This document shows, piece by piece, positions 28,201-36,096 of a stretch of DNA of 64,000 nt. The stretch is from contig JADJWH010000007.1 in assembly GCA_016716465.1 (NCBI GenBank), forward strand, positions 143,427 to 207,426, written 5' to 3'. Below the pieces are notes generated by a model, which searched no databases, was not told the origin of the DNA, and saw nothing but the letters and a program-made list of their open reading frames with translations. The DNA is from Gammaproteobacteria bacterium. Its GTDB lineage: Bacteria; Pseudomonadota; Gammaproteobacteria; SZUA-140. Position numbers and translations under genes: made by a program. The stretch's first letter is position 1, and the number at the start of each line of letters is the position of its first letter.

Positions 28201-29373
28201 GCCGGCGGATTTGAGCAATTCCGGCAGGGTGGGGCCCGTGGGGGAAAAGTACCCCATGTTGGTGACCGGGTCGCGGGCCACGGTACCGGGTACGCCCACC
28301 AGCGCGGGATAACGCCCCGTCATCAGCGCGGCCCGGGTGGGGGAACAGACACTGCTGTTGGCGTAAAAATTATTGAAACGCATGCCATGCGCGGCGAGGT
28401 CGTCGAGATTCGGCGTCTCCAGGTCGGCCGCGAGCCCGGTGTAGGCAACGTCGCCATACCCCTGATCGTCGGTGAGGATTACGACGATATTGGGCGGTGG
28501 GGCGGACTGTATCGTCACCGCGAAGCTCAGGCTGGAAAACGCGCCGGCGCCATCGGTCGCGGTGACGGTAACCGAATAAGGGCTGCCCGCGGCGCTGCCC
28601 GCGGGGGGCGTCCAGTTCAGCGTGCCGCTACCATTGCCGTTGTCGGTCAGGATGTTCGGGTTGCCAGGCAGGGTGTTGGTCTGGGTCAGCGTGAGTGGGG
28701 CGGGACCGTCGCTGTCGGAGGCTGTAAAAGGGAGATTCCAGGATATCCCCTCGGTGACCATCTGGGTACCGATGGGGTTTATCACAGGAGCGGCATTGTT
28801 GGCGGTAAAGCTGATCCAGTTGATGTTGAGGCTGCCGACGTCGATCTGCAGCCGCATCACATGTTGTCCGGCGCTCAGATTGACCGTTCTGCTGACGGTC
28901 TGCCAGGTGGTCCAGCCGCCGGTGTTGGGTATCGCGATGGGGCCGGTGATATCCACCCCATCCATCAGGACGCGCGCCTGTTTTCCGTTCACGGCGGTGG
29001 CCGTTCGCAGGTTCAGGACATAGCTGCCGGTAGCCGCGACGTTGACTGTGTATGCCAGCCACTCTCCGACTTTGGTCGAGCCGACCATGTAGGCGCCGCT
29101 GACGTCCGCGGAGTTCCAGATGTCGACGTTGTCGGTTCGGTAGAGCCCGCCCTCGTTGCCCGAAGTGGCGTCCTGGTAGCCGACACCGGAGCCACCCAGA
29201 TCGTAGTCTTCCGCCTCGATCAGCCCGGGTACGGCCCATGGGGTACCGCCAAAAGGCGTTTGCACGGCCTCCGCATGCGGAGACAGCCCAAGAACCAGAA
29301 AGAAGGTACTGAGAAGAAGGTACTGCTTGGTTAACCTAAGATGCACCCAGGCGTCCGGCGTTTTATTGAACAT
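22243..29373 (-). CDS. Giant secreted multi-modular polysaccharide-modifying protein: CBM6 - Ig - Cys-type sulfatase - unknown beta region - CHB_HEX_C-like - CBM6 - 3x Ig - CBM6 - ConA/LamG-like - SGNH/GDSL hydrolase - C-terminal domain
   Basis: Signal peptide. Sulfatase signature NIVVILTDDQGYGD...CSPTRAALMTGRYP, with the FGly Cys at codon 343 (28345-28347). GDSL block VAFGDSITNG (about 23341-23370). Three CBM6 modules matching the IEAE(N/D)YDLGG...NTGGW...NWISF consensus. Four PIGNQ...DGPAPLTLSQTNTLPG Ig modules. Confidence 0.85.
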   Translation of the reverse strand: MFNKTPDAWVHLRLTKQYLLLSTFFLVLGLSPHAEAVQTPFGGTPWAVPGLIEAEDYDLGGSGVGYQDATSGNEGGLYRTDNVDIWNSADVSGAYMVGSTKVGEWLAYTVNVAATGSYVLNLRTATAVNGKQARVLMDGVDITGPIAIPNTGGWTTWQTVSRTVNLSAGQHVMRLQIDVGSLNINWISFTANNAAPVINPIGTQMVTEGISWNLPFTASDSDGPAPLTLTQTNTLPGNPNILTDNGNGSGTLNWTPPAGSAAGSPYSVTVTATDGAGAFSSLSFAVTIQSAPPPNIVVILTDDQGYGDVAYTGLAADLETPNLDDLAAHGMRFNNFYANSSVCSPTRAALMTGRYPALVGVPGTVARDPVTNMGYFSPTGPTLPELLKSAGYTTGLIGKWHLGDYLGGDPHNLPTHRGFDHFHGFIGAAGDYYTHDGSSYGWPGDNLLMLNDTVLDPASLQGIHTTDLLTQWAKDYIQERAGSSQPFMMYLAFSAPHDPVQPPQSYLNQVLAREPGIDPERAKLVALIEHLDDSIGQVVQELKDNGIYDNTLIIYTSDNGGYLLHNANNGPYRGGKLDFYEGGLRVPMAAVWPGRIQPGTQSAEIALTMDLYATIAEAAGVTIQHPIEGRSILPTLLGQSPQYPARDLFFENRSTFTDTLWKTHYAVRRQDWKLVQNAPGGTFELYNLASDPYETQNLAASNPTKVTELMAVLNGYKAEESLVPWQPPLDLERGVLNNVDGAWRTINLSHPYRAPIVLTSVQYPDAAMPPVVTRIRNADDLTVDHASFDIRLERADNSGTAITPATVQYLVVEAGVYNQAHHGVDLEALRLRTNRTDNASSWVGTQRPYANSYAQPVVLGQVMSYNDADFSTFWSRGSSAQNPPNTNTLYIGKHVGEDPDKTRSAETLGYVVMNAGISTLDGDTALAGLSSAVAQGIEDSPPFNIPISGLTQPEIAIVSQAGMKGTNGGWVVQYGPGAVSPSQLAVAIDEDQKLDVERSHLSAEQVAYLVFDSQAGAPAVAEPAFVPDGGTFQNSVDVQLSSTTPGAAIHYTTDGSTPNATSTLYTAPFTLTATTTVKAIAIRTGYNNSAVISRTFTIQTNGQAPYGGFPWPIPGLIEAENYDLGGSDVGYFDTTAGNAGNLYRSDDIDIWNSGDTGGTYMVGQTSTGEWMRYTVNVAAAGSYTLNLRVATAANGKRLRFLMNGADITGPITVPNTGGWTTWQTISKTVTLNAGQQTLRLQVDNGSFNVNWISFTSDGSSNAPPTLNPIGNQTVTEGQPLVVPVSASDTDGPAPLTLSQTNTLPGSPNILTDNGNGTGTLNWTPATGDSSGSPYSVTVTATDGAGASSSTSFTISVAGNQAPVLSPIGNQAISEGQSLGLVVTASDTDGPAPLTLSQTNTLPGNPNILTDYGSGNGFIDWTPPAGSSAGSPYSITVTATDGAGHFSSMIFTVTVTDNLPPTLSPIGNQVVTEGQPLVVPVSASDTDGPAPLTLSQTNTLPGNPFILTDNGNGTGTLNWTPSTGAAAGSPYSVTVTATDGDGAFSSASFKVTVISSTQPPYGGTPWPIPGVIEAENYDLGGPGIAYQDATVGNDGNLYRSDNVDIWNASDVSGAYMVGSTKAGEWLEYTVEVQSAGSYMLNLRVATAANGKQARVLMNGNDIAGPIAIPNTGGWITWQTVSIPVNIGSAGQKVMRLQIDNGSFNVNWISFTAAGALPLPYSEDFSSGFATNWQVVNDSGQDPNWGVTAGEYRQNNFVGFNGSALQGGYHRGTYSYLVPGITLGDYTFSVKALPTAASGQDIGVMIRVNPNDNSYTRLSYSAANGFARLETRAGGTFHTLAKNARGYLTGTPLNVTMKAQGPVVIASVNGEKLFGAYDTSLSSGTVGLYCRDQCAFDDVYIQDNDTVPAVAISAPVSYSVSPGTTFDVGAVVMNKPAGATVEFQLNSLLNSCTVASETGHAGLFTASCTAPAQGVYQLSAVLRDQFNVQLDSDTNTSISSGGDNHVAFGDSITNGLDDSTSSDGISQGGWVISSQGYEAALTDLLNSQQPYPSLVNNAGVPGDTSANLLNDRLASVLEGYPDSNRFIVTIGVNDANGTLFTPSGLGCNGSQCNGTFKGNLQATINQLTAAGKTVVVNRAPPRFGDPFQAPYADPANHARNLLIRDGYNAVIANELTDRQLGANLYDYFLGSENKFYLYATNLHPNALGYEVMARLIANALTGNSTPPFVASALCLRLSQGGSCASPLPYKENLMEPGDPYYVDQTYTINSPIPAALAHGRWILTGNLDKNAANSDYLSFNIPAPATLYVAYDANAATLPSWLSSGFVDSGLRIYTSNPSTPQMKLYRKDNASGTILLGGANAAATGAAANYIAIVVKN
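22750..23375 (-). other. SGNH/GDSL esterase-like domain within the giant protein
   Basis: Block I GDSITNG, later GVND-like block (TIGVNDANG). D-x-x-H-like C-terminal block (NLHPNALGY). Confidence 0.6.
27214..28506 (-). other. Sulfatase catalytic domain within the giant protein (approximately aa 290-720)
   Basis: C-x-P-x-R formylglycine motif and the N-terminal metal-binding DDQGYGD block; KWHLG, YTSDNGG-type sulfatase blocks downstream. Confidence 0.8.
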
Positions 29374-29442
29374 AGCTTGTCCATGATGTATCTGGCCACA
29401 CTGTGTCCTTACAGGCAGAGGCTAGGGTACGAACAAGCCAAA

Positions 29443-29471
29443 ATGATAGAGAAAACCGCCTGGTTTCTCAA
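29443..29471 (-). promoter_or_regulatory. Candidate sigma70-like promoter for the giant gene (minus strand: TTGAGA - 17 nt - TATCAT)
   Basis: Hexamers read on the minus strand in the AT-rich 190-bp region upstream of the ATG at 29373. Confidence 0.25.
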
Positions 29472-29566
29472 TGGGCTTGAGGCGGTGCGAACAGGGCAAA
29501 AAAGGTTAAGTGATTGAAATTAATAAATAAATAATTTTTGGTTATGTGACGGATTTTTGGCGATTC

Positions 29567-31651
29567 TCAAGGGGGGCTGTCGCCGGTCTCTTCCCGGGCC
29601 CGGAGGACACGGTCTGCCTGGACATCATGGAGGGTTTGAACGGTACCACTGGGCCAATGGATCGTGATCTCATCCGCCTGGACATTCGCGCCCAGGCCGA
29701 AGTGGAGGCGGGGGAAATTTTGCGCGATCCGGTGCATGCCGCCAGTCTGTACCCGGGTCTGGGTTACCCCTCCGGCCGTCAGGCTGACGACAGCCCCGAT
29801 GCCGTCGCGGTTGGAGCGGACCCCCTCGAGGTCGATCTCGAGCCAGTGGTTTCCATTGCCGAGATTCCGGAACAGCTGGTGCGGTCCATCCGCCACGAAG
29901 GGCGAGGTCGGATCCATCCCGTTGGTGACGAACAGATCGAGGAAACCGTCGCGATCGTAGTCAGCCACGGCGACGATGTCGCCGCGTCCAAGCGGGCTTC
30001 CCGCCGCGCCGCCCGCGTCGGAGACCAGAGTGAAGTTTCCCTTGCCGTCATTTTCCAGCAAGCGGTTCGGCAGATTTTCGACGGCACCGGAGCAAACCAG
30101 ATACAAGTCGATATCCATGTCATTGTCGAAATCGCCGGCGGCGACGGAATGACAGGCGGTATCGGCGCCGGCCGCGCCGGATAGCTTGTGTCGGATATAT
30201 CCGCCTTCTCCGCGCATCAGCAGGGCGTCGATACCCTGTTCGCGAAAGGGCTCGAATCCTTCCTGCTTCAGCCCGGTGATGGGCGTGGATGAATTGATGA
30301 TGAGATCAACGAACAGTCCATTCGAGATATTGCTGAAAACCCAGTCGCCAGATTCGCGATCGAAGGTGATCGAGAAGCCGCCGTTGCGAACGACTTCCGC
30401 GGATGGGGCTCCGTTAACCGCGGGGTCATCGCTGGATAAGGAAAACGAGCGCGAATCGGGATGGATGCCTTGCGTCCCGATATAGACGGTCGAGAGGTCA
30501 ATGAACGCGGGGAAGATCCGTACATCCAGGTGTCCCGGCGCATGGAATCGAACAGTTCTGGCTGCTTCATCCTTATTGCTGGTCAGCGTCGCCTTGATCG
30601 AATCAGGAGCGGTCTGAATCACATCCGACAGCAACCATGGACCGATCGTCAGATAGATATCGGGTTTTCCATCATTGTCGAAATCCGCGATCGCCGCGTC
30701 GCTGATATTGTCGAGCGCGGGAAAGCCCATCATCGCGGTTTCATCGCTAAACGGGACGTCATCGATCGAGTAAACCCTGGTCGGCGATGACAACAGAACC
30801 AGAGAGGCTTCCTGATCGCTCAGTAAGTCGGAAAGCTGGGCGGATTCCAGGTGTTTGTGCATATTGACCAGGCTGATTCGTCCGAATTTGAACCGCAGCG
30901 CGTTGCGCGCCATCCCCAGGTAGTCATCACGGCGAGACCAGCGGTCATCGCGGAAGCCGAATATTTTGTTCGCTTTCTCGAAGGAGTGATCGTCCTTCTG
31001 GCGAAAAATCCAGGAAGGCGTGGTGCCGCCACCGAGCCGTGTATTGGCCACCACCAGGTCGAGTCTGCCGTCCCGGTCAGCGTCGAGCCAGAGCGGGGTG
31101 CGCGCGAATCCTGTCGCGGCGAGGCCATATTTTTTCGCGCTTTCGACCAGTTTTCCCCCCTCGTTCACGAACAGATGATTGAGGCCGCACCCGAAACAGA
31201 ATGTGCCATCGATGTTCTGCATCGCCCCGACGACCTCGACCATATCCTGGTCGCCATCGTTGTCGAAATCGGCCCAGGCCGCCCCGTGGGTATCGGCGTG
31301 GGGATTGGTCGACCATACCTGGTCGATCACGTTGGAGAAACCGCCGCCCTGAAGATTGAGATAGAGCGTGGGTTTGCTGTCATGGTTGCCGACCCAAAGG
31401 TCGGGCCAGCCGTCGCCATTGAAGTCTCCCCACGAGGCGCCATAGCTCTGTCCCGCATGATCGATGCCCATCCGCTGGCTGGCATCCTCGAACCGGATGG
31501 CCGCCGGAAGCGACTGAACCGTGACCAGGCATAGCAGGGCGGACAGACGCGCAAGCCGGTTGGCCACGAAAGCGGGGCGGAAATCGTTCATCGGCCGAAC
31601 TCCCATCGAGAGCCGCTTGCGCGATATGTTGAGCGTCGAATCCAGGGTCAT
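29567..31651 (-). CDS. CRTAC1-like secreted protein: FG-GAP/VCBS repeats + C-terminal ASPIC/UnbV domain
   Basis: Signal peptide. FG-GAP repeats (GASWGDFNGDGWPDLWV, GAAWADFDNDGDQDMV, LDADRDGRLDLVVAN). C-terminal NHWLEIDLEGVRSNRDGIGAVV...HFGLG.....ITIHWPSG ASPIC/UnbV signature. Confidence 0.8.
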   Translation of the reverse strand: MTLDSTLNISRKRLSMGVRPMNDFRPAFVANRLARLSALLCLVTVQSLPAAIRFEDASQRMGIDHAGQSYGASWGDFNGDGWPDLWVGNHDSKPTLYLNLQGGGFSNVIDQVWSTNPHADTHGAAWADFDNDGDQDMVEVVGAMQNIDGTFCFGCGLNHLFVNEGGKLVESAKKYGLAATGFARTPLWLDADRDGRLDLVVANTRLGGGTTPSWIFRQKDDHSFEKANKIFGFRDDRWSRRDDYLGMARNALRFKFGRISLVNMHKHLESAQLSDLLSDQEASLVLLSSPTRVYSIDDVPFSDETAMMGFPALDNISDAAIADFDNDGKPDIYLTIGPWLLSDVIQTAPDSIKATLTSNKDEAARTVRFHAPGHLDVRIFPAFIDLSTVYIGTQGIHPDSRSFSLSSDDPAVNGAPSAEVVRNGGFSITFDRESGDWVFSNISNGLFVDLIINSSTPITGLKQEGFEPFREQGIDALLMRGEGGYIRHKLSGAAGADTACHSVAAGDFDNDMDIDLYLVCSGAVENLPNRLLENDGKGNFTLVSDAGGAAGSPLGRGDIVAVADYDRDGFLDLFVTNGMDPTSPFVADGPHQLFRNLGNGNHWLEIDLEGVRSNRDGIGAVVSLTAGGVTQTRVQTGGMHRIAQNFPRLHFGLGANVQADEITIHWPSGTVQTLHDVQADRVLRAREETGDSPP

Positions 31652-33801
31652 CTGGCCGCTTCCGTGACAGTCACTATCCGGTCGGCCTGGAGGTTCCTCA
31701 GTTCCTGTACGGTGCCGCCCGGCCAGCGGATCGTGAGCCTGTCGACCGTGCTGTTGGCGCCCAGCCCGAAATGGATGCGTGAATGGTTCTGCGAGAAACT
31801 GTGCATGCCGCCGCCCTGGGTCCGGGTCTGGCTCTTGCCGCCGGTCTCGAGCGTGAGCAGAGCCCCGATGCCGTCGCGGTTGGAGGTCGTGCCTGCGAGG
31901 TCGATTTCGATCCAGTGGTTGTCGTTGCCGAGGTTGCGGAACAACTGATGTGGGCCATCGGCGAATGGCGGAGGTCCCAGGCCGTTGGTCACAAACAGAT
32001 CGAGAAAGCCGTCACGGTCGTAATCCGCGACGCTCACCTGATTCCCGCGACCGCGCTCGCTGCCCGCCGCGCCGCCGGCCTGTTCTATCCGGGTGAAGTT
32101 GGCCTTGCCATCGTTTTCGTAGAGTATGTTGGGCTGATTCTGTGTGGGATCGGAACAGACCAGATACAGATCGATGTCCATGTCGTTGTCGAAGTCGCCG
32201 GCGGCGACCGAACTGCAGGCGGCGGGATTTCCGCTATCCGGGCCCTTGCGTGCCGTGAACTTTTTCCCGTCATTGATCAGGAGTCTGTCCTCGAGTCGGC
32301 CATTCGAGGGTTTGAAGCCCTCGGTGTGAATGGATGAGACAGGTTCGGTCGACGCCAGCTTGTATCCGATGGAGGCGATGGAGCTCCTCAGCGTCCAGGT
32401 TCGCGCGGCGCGGTCATAATGCAGAAAAATGCCCTCGCCCGCTCCCGCCGGAGGAAGAGCGCCAATCGATTCGTCATCGGGCGAAACGGTCAGCGCCTCT
32501 TCGGGCAGTTCCTGTTGCCGTTCCCCGAGATACAGCATGGGCCGGTTCGCCGATGCGGGATCGGAGGGGTCCATCCAGGGCCGGTGAATCTCGACCGTGA
32601 TCGAACCCTCGGAGATGAAAGCGATGGTGGAGGACTCGCCGGGTTTGTTGGCCAGATTGCCTTGCAGATGCGTCGCGTCGGTCTGGACCACATCCGTCGC
32701 CCAGGGCCTGGAACGTACCAGGTACCAGTCCGGTCTGCCGTCCCCGTTCAGATCTTCGAGGACGGCGTCCTGCACGGAGCTGACGTTGGGGAGCGATATC
32801 GTCCCATCCGCGTTCCGCAGGCCGGTGGAAGTCATGCCATAGATCCGCCCGGGCCGCATGTAGGCGATCAATTCGGGGTGGCCGTCGCCCGTCAGGTCAG
32901 CCAGTTGCGCGAATTCATCGGTGGATTTGATGGCGCCGGGCTTTTTATAACCCAGGGCCACGGCGTAGTCTCTGACGCGATTCATGGCCCGTGACAGAAA
33001 CGACTCTTCGGGCTGCGGGAAACCCAGGACCTTGTTGGCGAGAGAAAATCCGCCGGATGTCTGCAGGAAAATCGCCGACGGCGCCTCCACGCGGGGATGG
33101 TTCATCAACAGGAGGTCGAGTTTCCCGTCCTGGTCGATGTCGAGCCAGAGCGGTGTTCTGCCCCGGCCCAGCGAGTAATCCACCCCGTACTTCCCGGCCA
33201 GGTTGGTCAGCTTGCCGTCTTCGTTGATAAACAATCTGTTTGCACTGGCCCCCCGCCCCGCGCCTCCACCGGTGACCACAACCAGATCCTGGTCGCCATC
33301 GCCGTCGAAATCGGCCCAGGCCGCGCCATGGAAATCGGGCGCCGGAGCGGTCGGCAGACGTTTTCCGTTCGGCCCCAGGAAACCGGATGCGGCATCATCG
33401 ACGAGGATGTCGGCCGCGCGGTTTGCGAACGTGCCGTCGTGCAGGTTCAGATAGAGCGAGGGCCGGATGCCATGGTGGTTCGAGACCCACAGATCCGGCC
33501 ATCCATCGTTGTCGAAATCGCCCCAGGACGAGCCGGCCGACGGGCCGGTGAAATGGATACCGGCGGCGAGTGAAGACTCTTCAAACCGGATGTCGGCCAG
33601 CGCGGCAAAGGGGATCACGCATGCCAATAGCAGGCCGGTAAGGCGGTAAAGCCTGTCTGGCTGCGGGGAATTGTCAAATATGCGCATGCGGCTTGTTCTT
33701 TGTTCGAGGCAATAGTTTAATACGGGGCGGGAAATCCTGTGCAACATATGCGGTATTATCGATCTATTCAAGGCGAGCGTACAACATCCGCCGCGCATCA
33801 C
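31648..33801 (-). CDS. CRTAC1-like secreted protein (FG-GAP repeats + ASPIC/UnbV), paralog of the downstream gene
   Basis: Same repeat and C-terminal signature (NHWIEIDLAGTTSNRDGIGALL...HFGLG...LTIRWPGG). 4-bp ATGA-type overlap with the downstream paralog. Confidence 0.8.
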   Translation of the reverse strand: MMRGGCCTLALNRSIIPHMLHRISRPVLNYCLEQRTSRMRIFDNSPQPDRLYRLTGLLLACVIPFAALADIRFEESSLAAGIHFTGPSAGSSWGDFDNDGWPDLWVSNHHGIRPSLYLNLHDGTFANRAADILVDDAASGFLGPNGKRLPTAPAPDFHGAAWADFDGDGDQDLVVVTGGGAGRGASANRLFINEDGKLTNLAGKYGVDYSLGRGRTPLWLDIDQDGKLDLLLMNHPRVEAPSAIFLQTSGGFSLANKVLGFPQPEESFLSRAMNRVRDYAVALGYKKPGAIKSTDEFAQLADLTGDGHPELIAYMRPGRIYGMTSTGLRNADGTISLPNVSSVQDAVLEDLNGDGRPDWYLVRSRPWATDVVQTDATHLQGNLANKPGESSTIAFISEGSITVEIHRPWMDPSDPASANRPMLYLGERQQELPEEALTVSPDDESIGALPPAGAGEGIFLHYDRAARTWTLRSSIASIGYKLASTEPVSSIHTEGFKPSNGRLEDRLLINDGKKFTARKGPDSGNPAACSSVAAGDFDNDMDIDLYLVCSDPTQNQPNILYENDGKANFTRIEQAGGAAGSERGRGNQVSVADYDRDGFLDLFVTNGLGPPPFADGPHQLFRNLGNDNHWIEIDLAGTTSNRDGIGALLTLETGGKSQTRTQGGGMHSFSQNHSRIHFGLGANSTVDRLTIRWPGGTVQELRNLQADRIVTVTEAAR

Positions 33802-33926
33802 ACGAAGTATCCGTCACCCGGGCGGCCCCGCCAGGTGCCGTGTCGAGGTGCGGGCGCGGAAAAACCGCCCGTGACGGGTGGTTCCGGTCCGTGGCCGGTG
33901 CTGAGCGCTCCTGTTCGGGATAAACA

Positions 33927-34916
33927 ATGAATCAAAGTCCCACTCTGGTCAGTATCGTCACGCCCGTCTACAACGGCGAGGCTTATCTGGCGCAATGCAT
34001 CGAAAGCGTGCTCGGGCAGACCTACCATAACTGGGAATACATCATAGTCAATAATTGCAGCACCGACGGCACGCCTGCCATCGTGGAGCGTTATGCGCGG
34101 CGGGATTCGCGCATCAAGGTTCACGGCACCGACAGCTTGCTCTCGGCGGTGGAGAACCATAATTTCGCGGTAGCCAGGATGGATCCCGCGAGCGTGTACT
34201 GCAAAATCCTTCATGCCGACGACTGGCTGTTCCCCGAATGCCTGGAGCGCATGGTGGGCGTGGCGGTTTCGAACGCATCAGTGGGTATCGTCGGTTCCTA
34301 CAACCTGGTCGGGAAGACGGTGCGTTGCGACGGGCTGCCTTATCCGGACGCGGTGATTCCGGGACGGGAGGCCGGCCGCCTGGCTCTGTTGGGGAAGGCC
34401 TACCCGTTCTATTCACCTTCCTCCACGATGATCCGGTCGGATCTTGTCCGAGCCCGGGCCTCGTTCTACGACCCAACCAAGATGCATGCGGACGTCGAAC
34501 TTATGTACGAATTGCTCCAGGAACAGGATTTCGGCTTTGTACATCAGGTGCTGACGTACGTCCGTGAACACGCCGCGTCGGAAACCTCCCGGTCGGCTCA
34601 GCCGCTGAACAGGATTCTGTGGTCCAATTTCGATCTTCTGGTGAGATACGGCCCCATATTTCTCGAGGCAGGCGAGTTCAAGGCCAGGACCCGGGCCTAT
34701 GAGCGCAACTATTACAAATTTCTGGCCCGGGGCCTGTGGGAGCTGCGCGACCGGGAATTCTGGCGCTATCACGCGCGAGGATTGCGATCGCTCGGCTATC
34801 CGATCAATCCGGTGCGGCTGCTGGGTCGGGCCCTGGGCGAGGCCGTGTGTAGTCCACGGAACACCCTGGCGCGGCTGTTGCGCGGTTCAGGAATGACTCG
34901 CGGCGGCGCCCGCTGA
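33927..34916 (+). CDS. Glycosyltransferase family 2
   Basis: N-terminal VSIVTPVYNGEAYL and DxD region (ILHADD) typical of GT2. Confidence 0.8.
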   Translation: MNQSPTLVSIVTPVYNGEAYLAQCIESVLGQTYHNWEYIIVNNCSTDGTPAIVERYARRDSRIKVHGTDSLLSAVENHNFAVARMDPASVYCKILHADDWLFPECLERMVGVAVSNASVGIVGSYNLVGKTVRCDGLPYPDAVIPGREAGRLALLGKAYPFYSPSSTMIRSDLVRARASFYDPTKMHADVELMYELLQEQDFGFVHQVLTYVREHAASETSRSAQPLNRILWSNFDLLVRYGPIFLEAGEFKARTRAYERNYYKFLARGLWELRDREFWRYHARGLRSLGYPINPVRLLGRALGEAVCSPRNTLARLLRGSGMTRGGAR

Positions 34917-34954
34917 ACGCGGCGGACTGATCGGTCATATCTTGACCGGGCGGT

Positions 34955-35899
34955 TCAGGCCCAGTCGGCGTCGGAATAAAACTCGCGCGCGACGTCCTCG
35001 ACGTAACCCCGAATTCTCAGGATCTCTTCGCCCGACAGCCGGTGTTTCCAACTGGAAATGTTCTGCTGGCTGTCGAGTTTGAGAGTTTTCTCGGTGCCCG
35101 ATGCCCGTTCGGGGTTGGACTTCCCAGTGTGTTCGGCGATCACGGAGCGCGCTTTGTCCGTGTAGGGCAGCTCCAGTTTTTTGTACAGATCCGCGAAGGA
35201 CCGGGCGGGGTCGAGCGAGATGTCCTCATGGCGCAGGAAGGTCCAGTCAGGATGCCGTTTTTTGTAGGTTGAAATCACATGGTGATGCATCGCCCAGGCC
35301 AGCGACGCGCGCTCGATCAGGTCGTGCTCGCCACCGCTCATCTCACGTATTCGCCGTTCAAAGGGGCCGAGATAATCCCGCATCAGCAAGGTTTGCGGCA
35401 ACGCCCATTTTTCAGGATGGGAGGCCCATCCCAGCCGCTTCATGCTCGCGACGAATGCCGCGGGGTGGCGGATCATGACGATGCAGTGCATGTCGAAGTG
35501 GCCGCACAGCCACTCGGCCGACATCAGGGCGATCGGGTCCTTGATCAGGGGACGCCCTCCACCACGACGCAGCTCGCGGGATGCGCTCAGGTTGCGCGCG
35601 ATGCCCAGCAGGTCCCGGGGCGAGCGCGCGGAGCGCAGCCCATGCCTCCAGTCGTATCGCCCTTCGAGCAGTCGTTGCACCGCGGCGTGATATTCGTCGC
35701 CGTTATCCTCGCAGATATGAATGAAGTAGTGAGGCACCTTGAGCCCGTAAAGTTCCTCGCTCGCCTTGACGAGCGGGTTGAACGGTTCATGTACGTAGTA
35801 CAGCGCGGGATCGATGGTGAGCATGCGTCCGAGCCAAGTGGTGCCCGAGCGCGGGGCGCCGGTGACCAGGACGGGCTTGATCATTGCGGTGGCGTTCAT
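34955..35899 (-). CDS. Sulfotransferase family protein (Sulfotransfer_3-like)
   Basis: 5'-PSB P-loop VLVTGAPRSGTTWL. Overall similarity to the gene at 20848. Confidence 0.75.
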   Translation of the reverse strand: MNATAMIKPVLVTGAPRSGTTWLGRMLTIDPALYYVHEPFNPLVKASEELYGLKVPHYFIHICEDNGDEYHAAVQRLLEGRYDWRHGLRSARSPRDLLGIARNLSASRELRRGGGRPLIKDPIALMSAEWLCGHFDMHCIVMIRHPAAFVASMKRLGWASHPEKWALPQTLLMRDYLGPFERRIREMSGGEHDLIERASLAWAMHHHVISTYKKRHPDWTFLRHEDISLDPARSFADLYKKLELPYTDKARSVIAEHTGKSNPERASGTEKTLKLDSQQNISSWKHRLSGEEILRIRGYVEDVAREFYSDADWA

Positions 35900-36010
35900 G
35901 TGTTATCCATAAATGGGCGGGGATGGCTGGCCTTACATCGAAGCAAATCCTGTGCCACCGGGGTCTCATGGGCAGGATGTGTGCGATCGGTGAACAGCTC
36001 CGGGGCTCAG

Positions 36011-36016
36011 TATAAT
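36011..36016 (+). promoter_or_regulatory. Perfect TATAAT -10 hexamer upstream of the FG-GAP/ASPIC gene (weak -35)
   Basis: Sequence read directly. Lies in the divergent intergenic region about 80 nt upstream of ATG 36097. Confidence 0.2.
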
Positions 36017-36096
36017 CCGGGCCCGTGTAAACACACAGCCGCCCTCCGCACGTGGTCTGGCATGCTATCAGTGAAATAGCGGATAATGATATCTCA

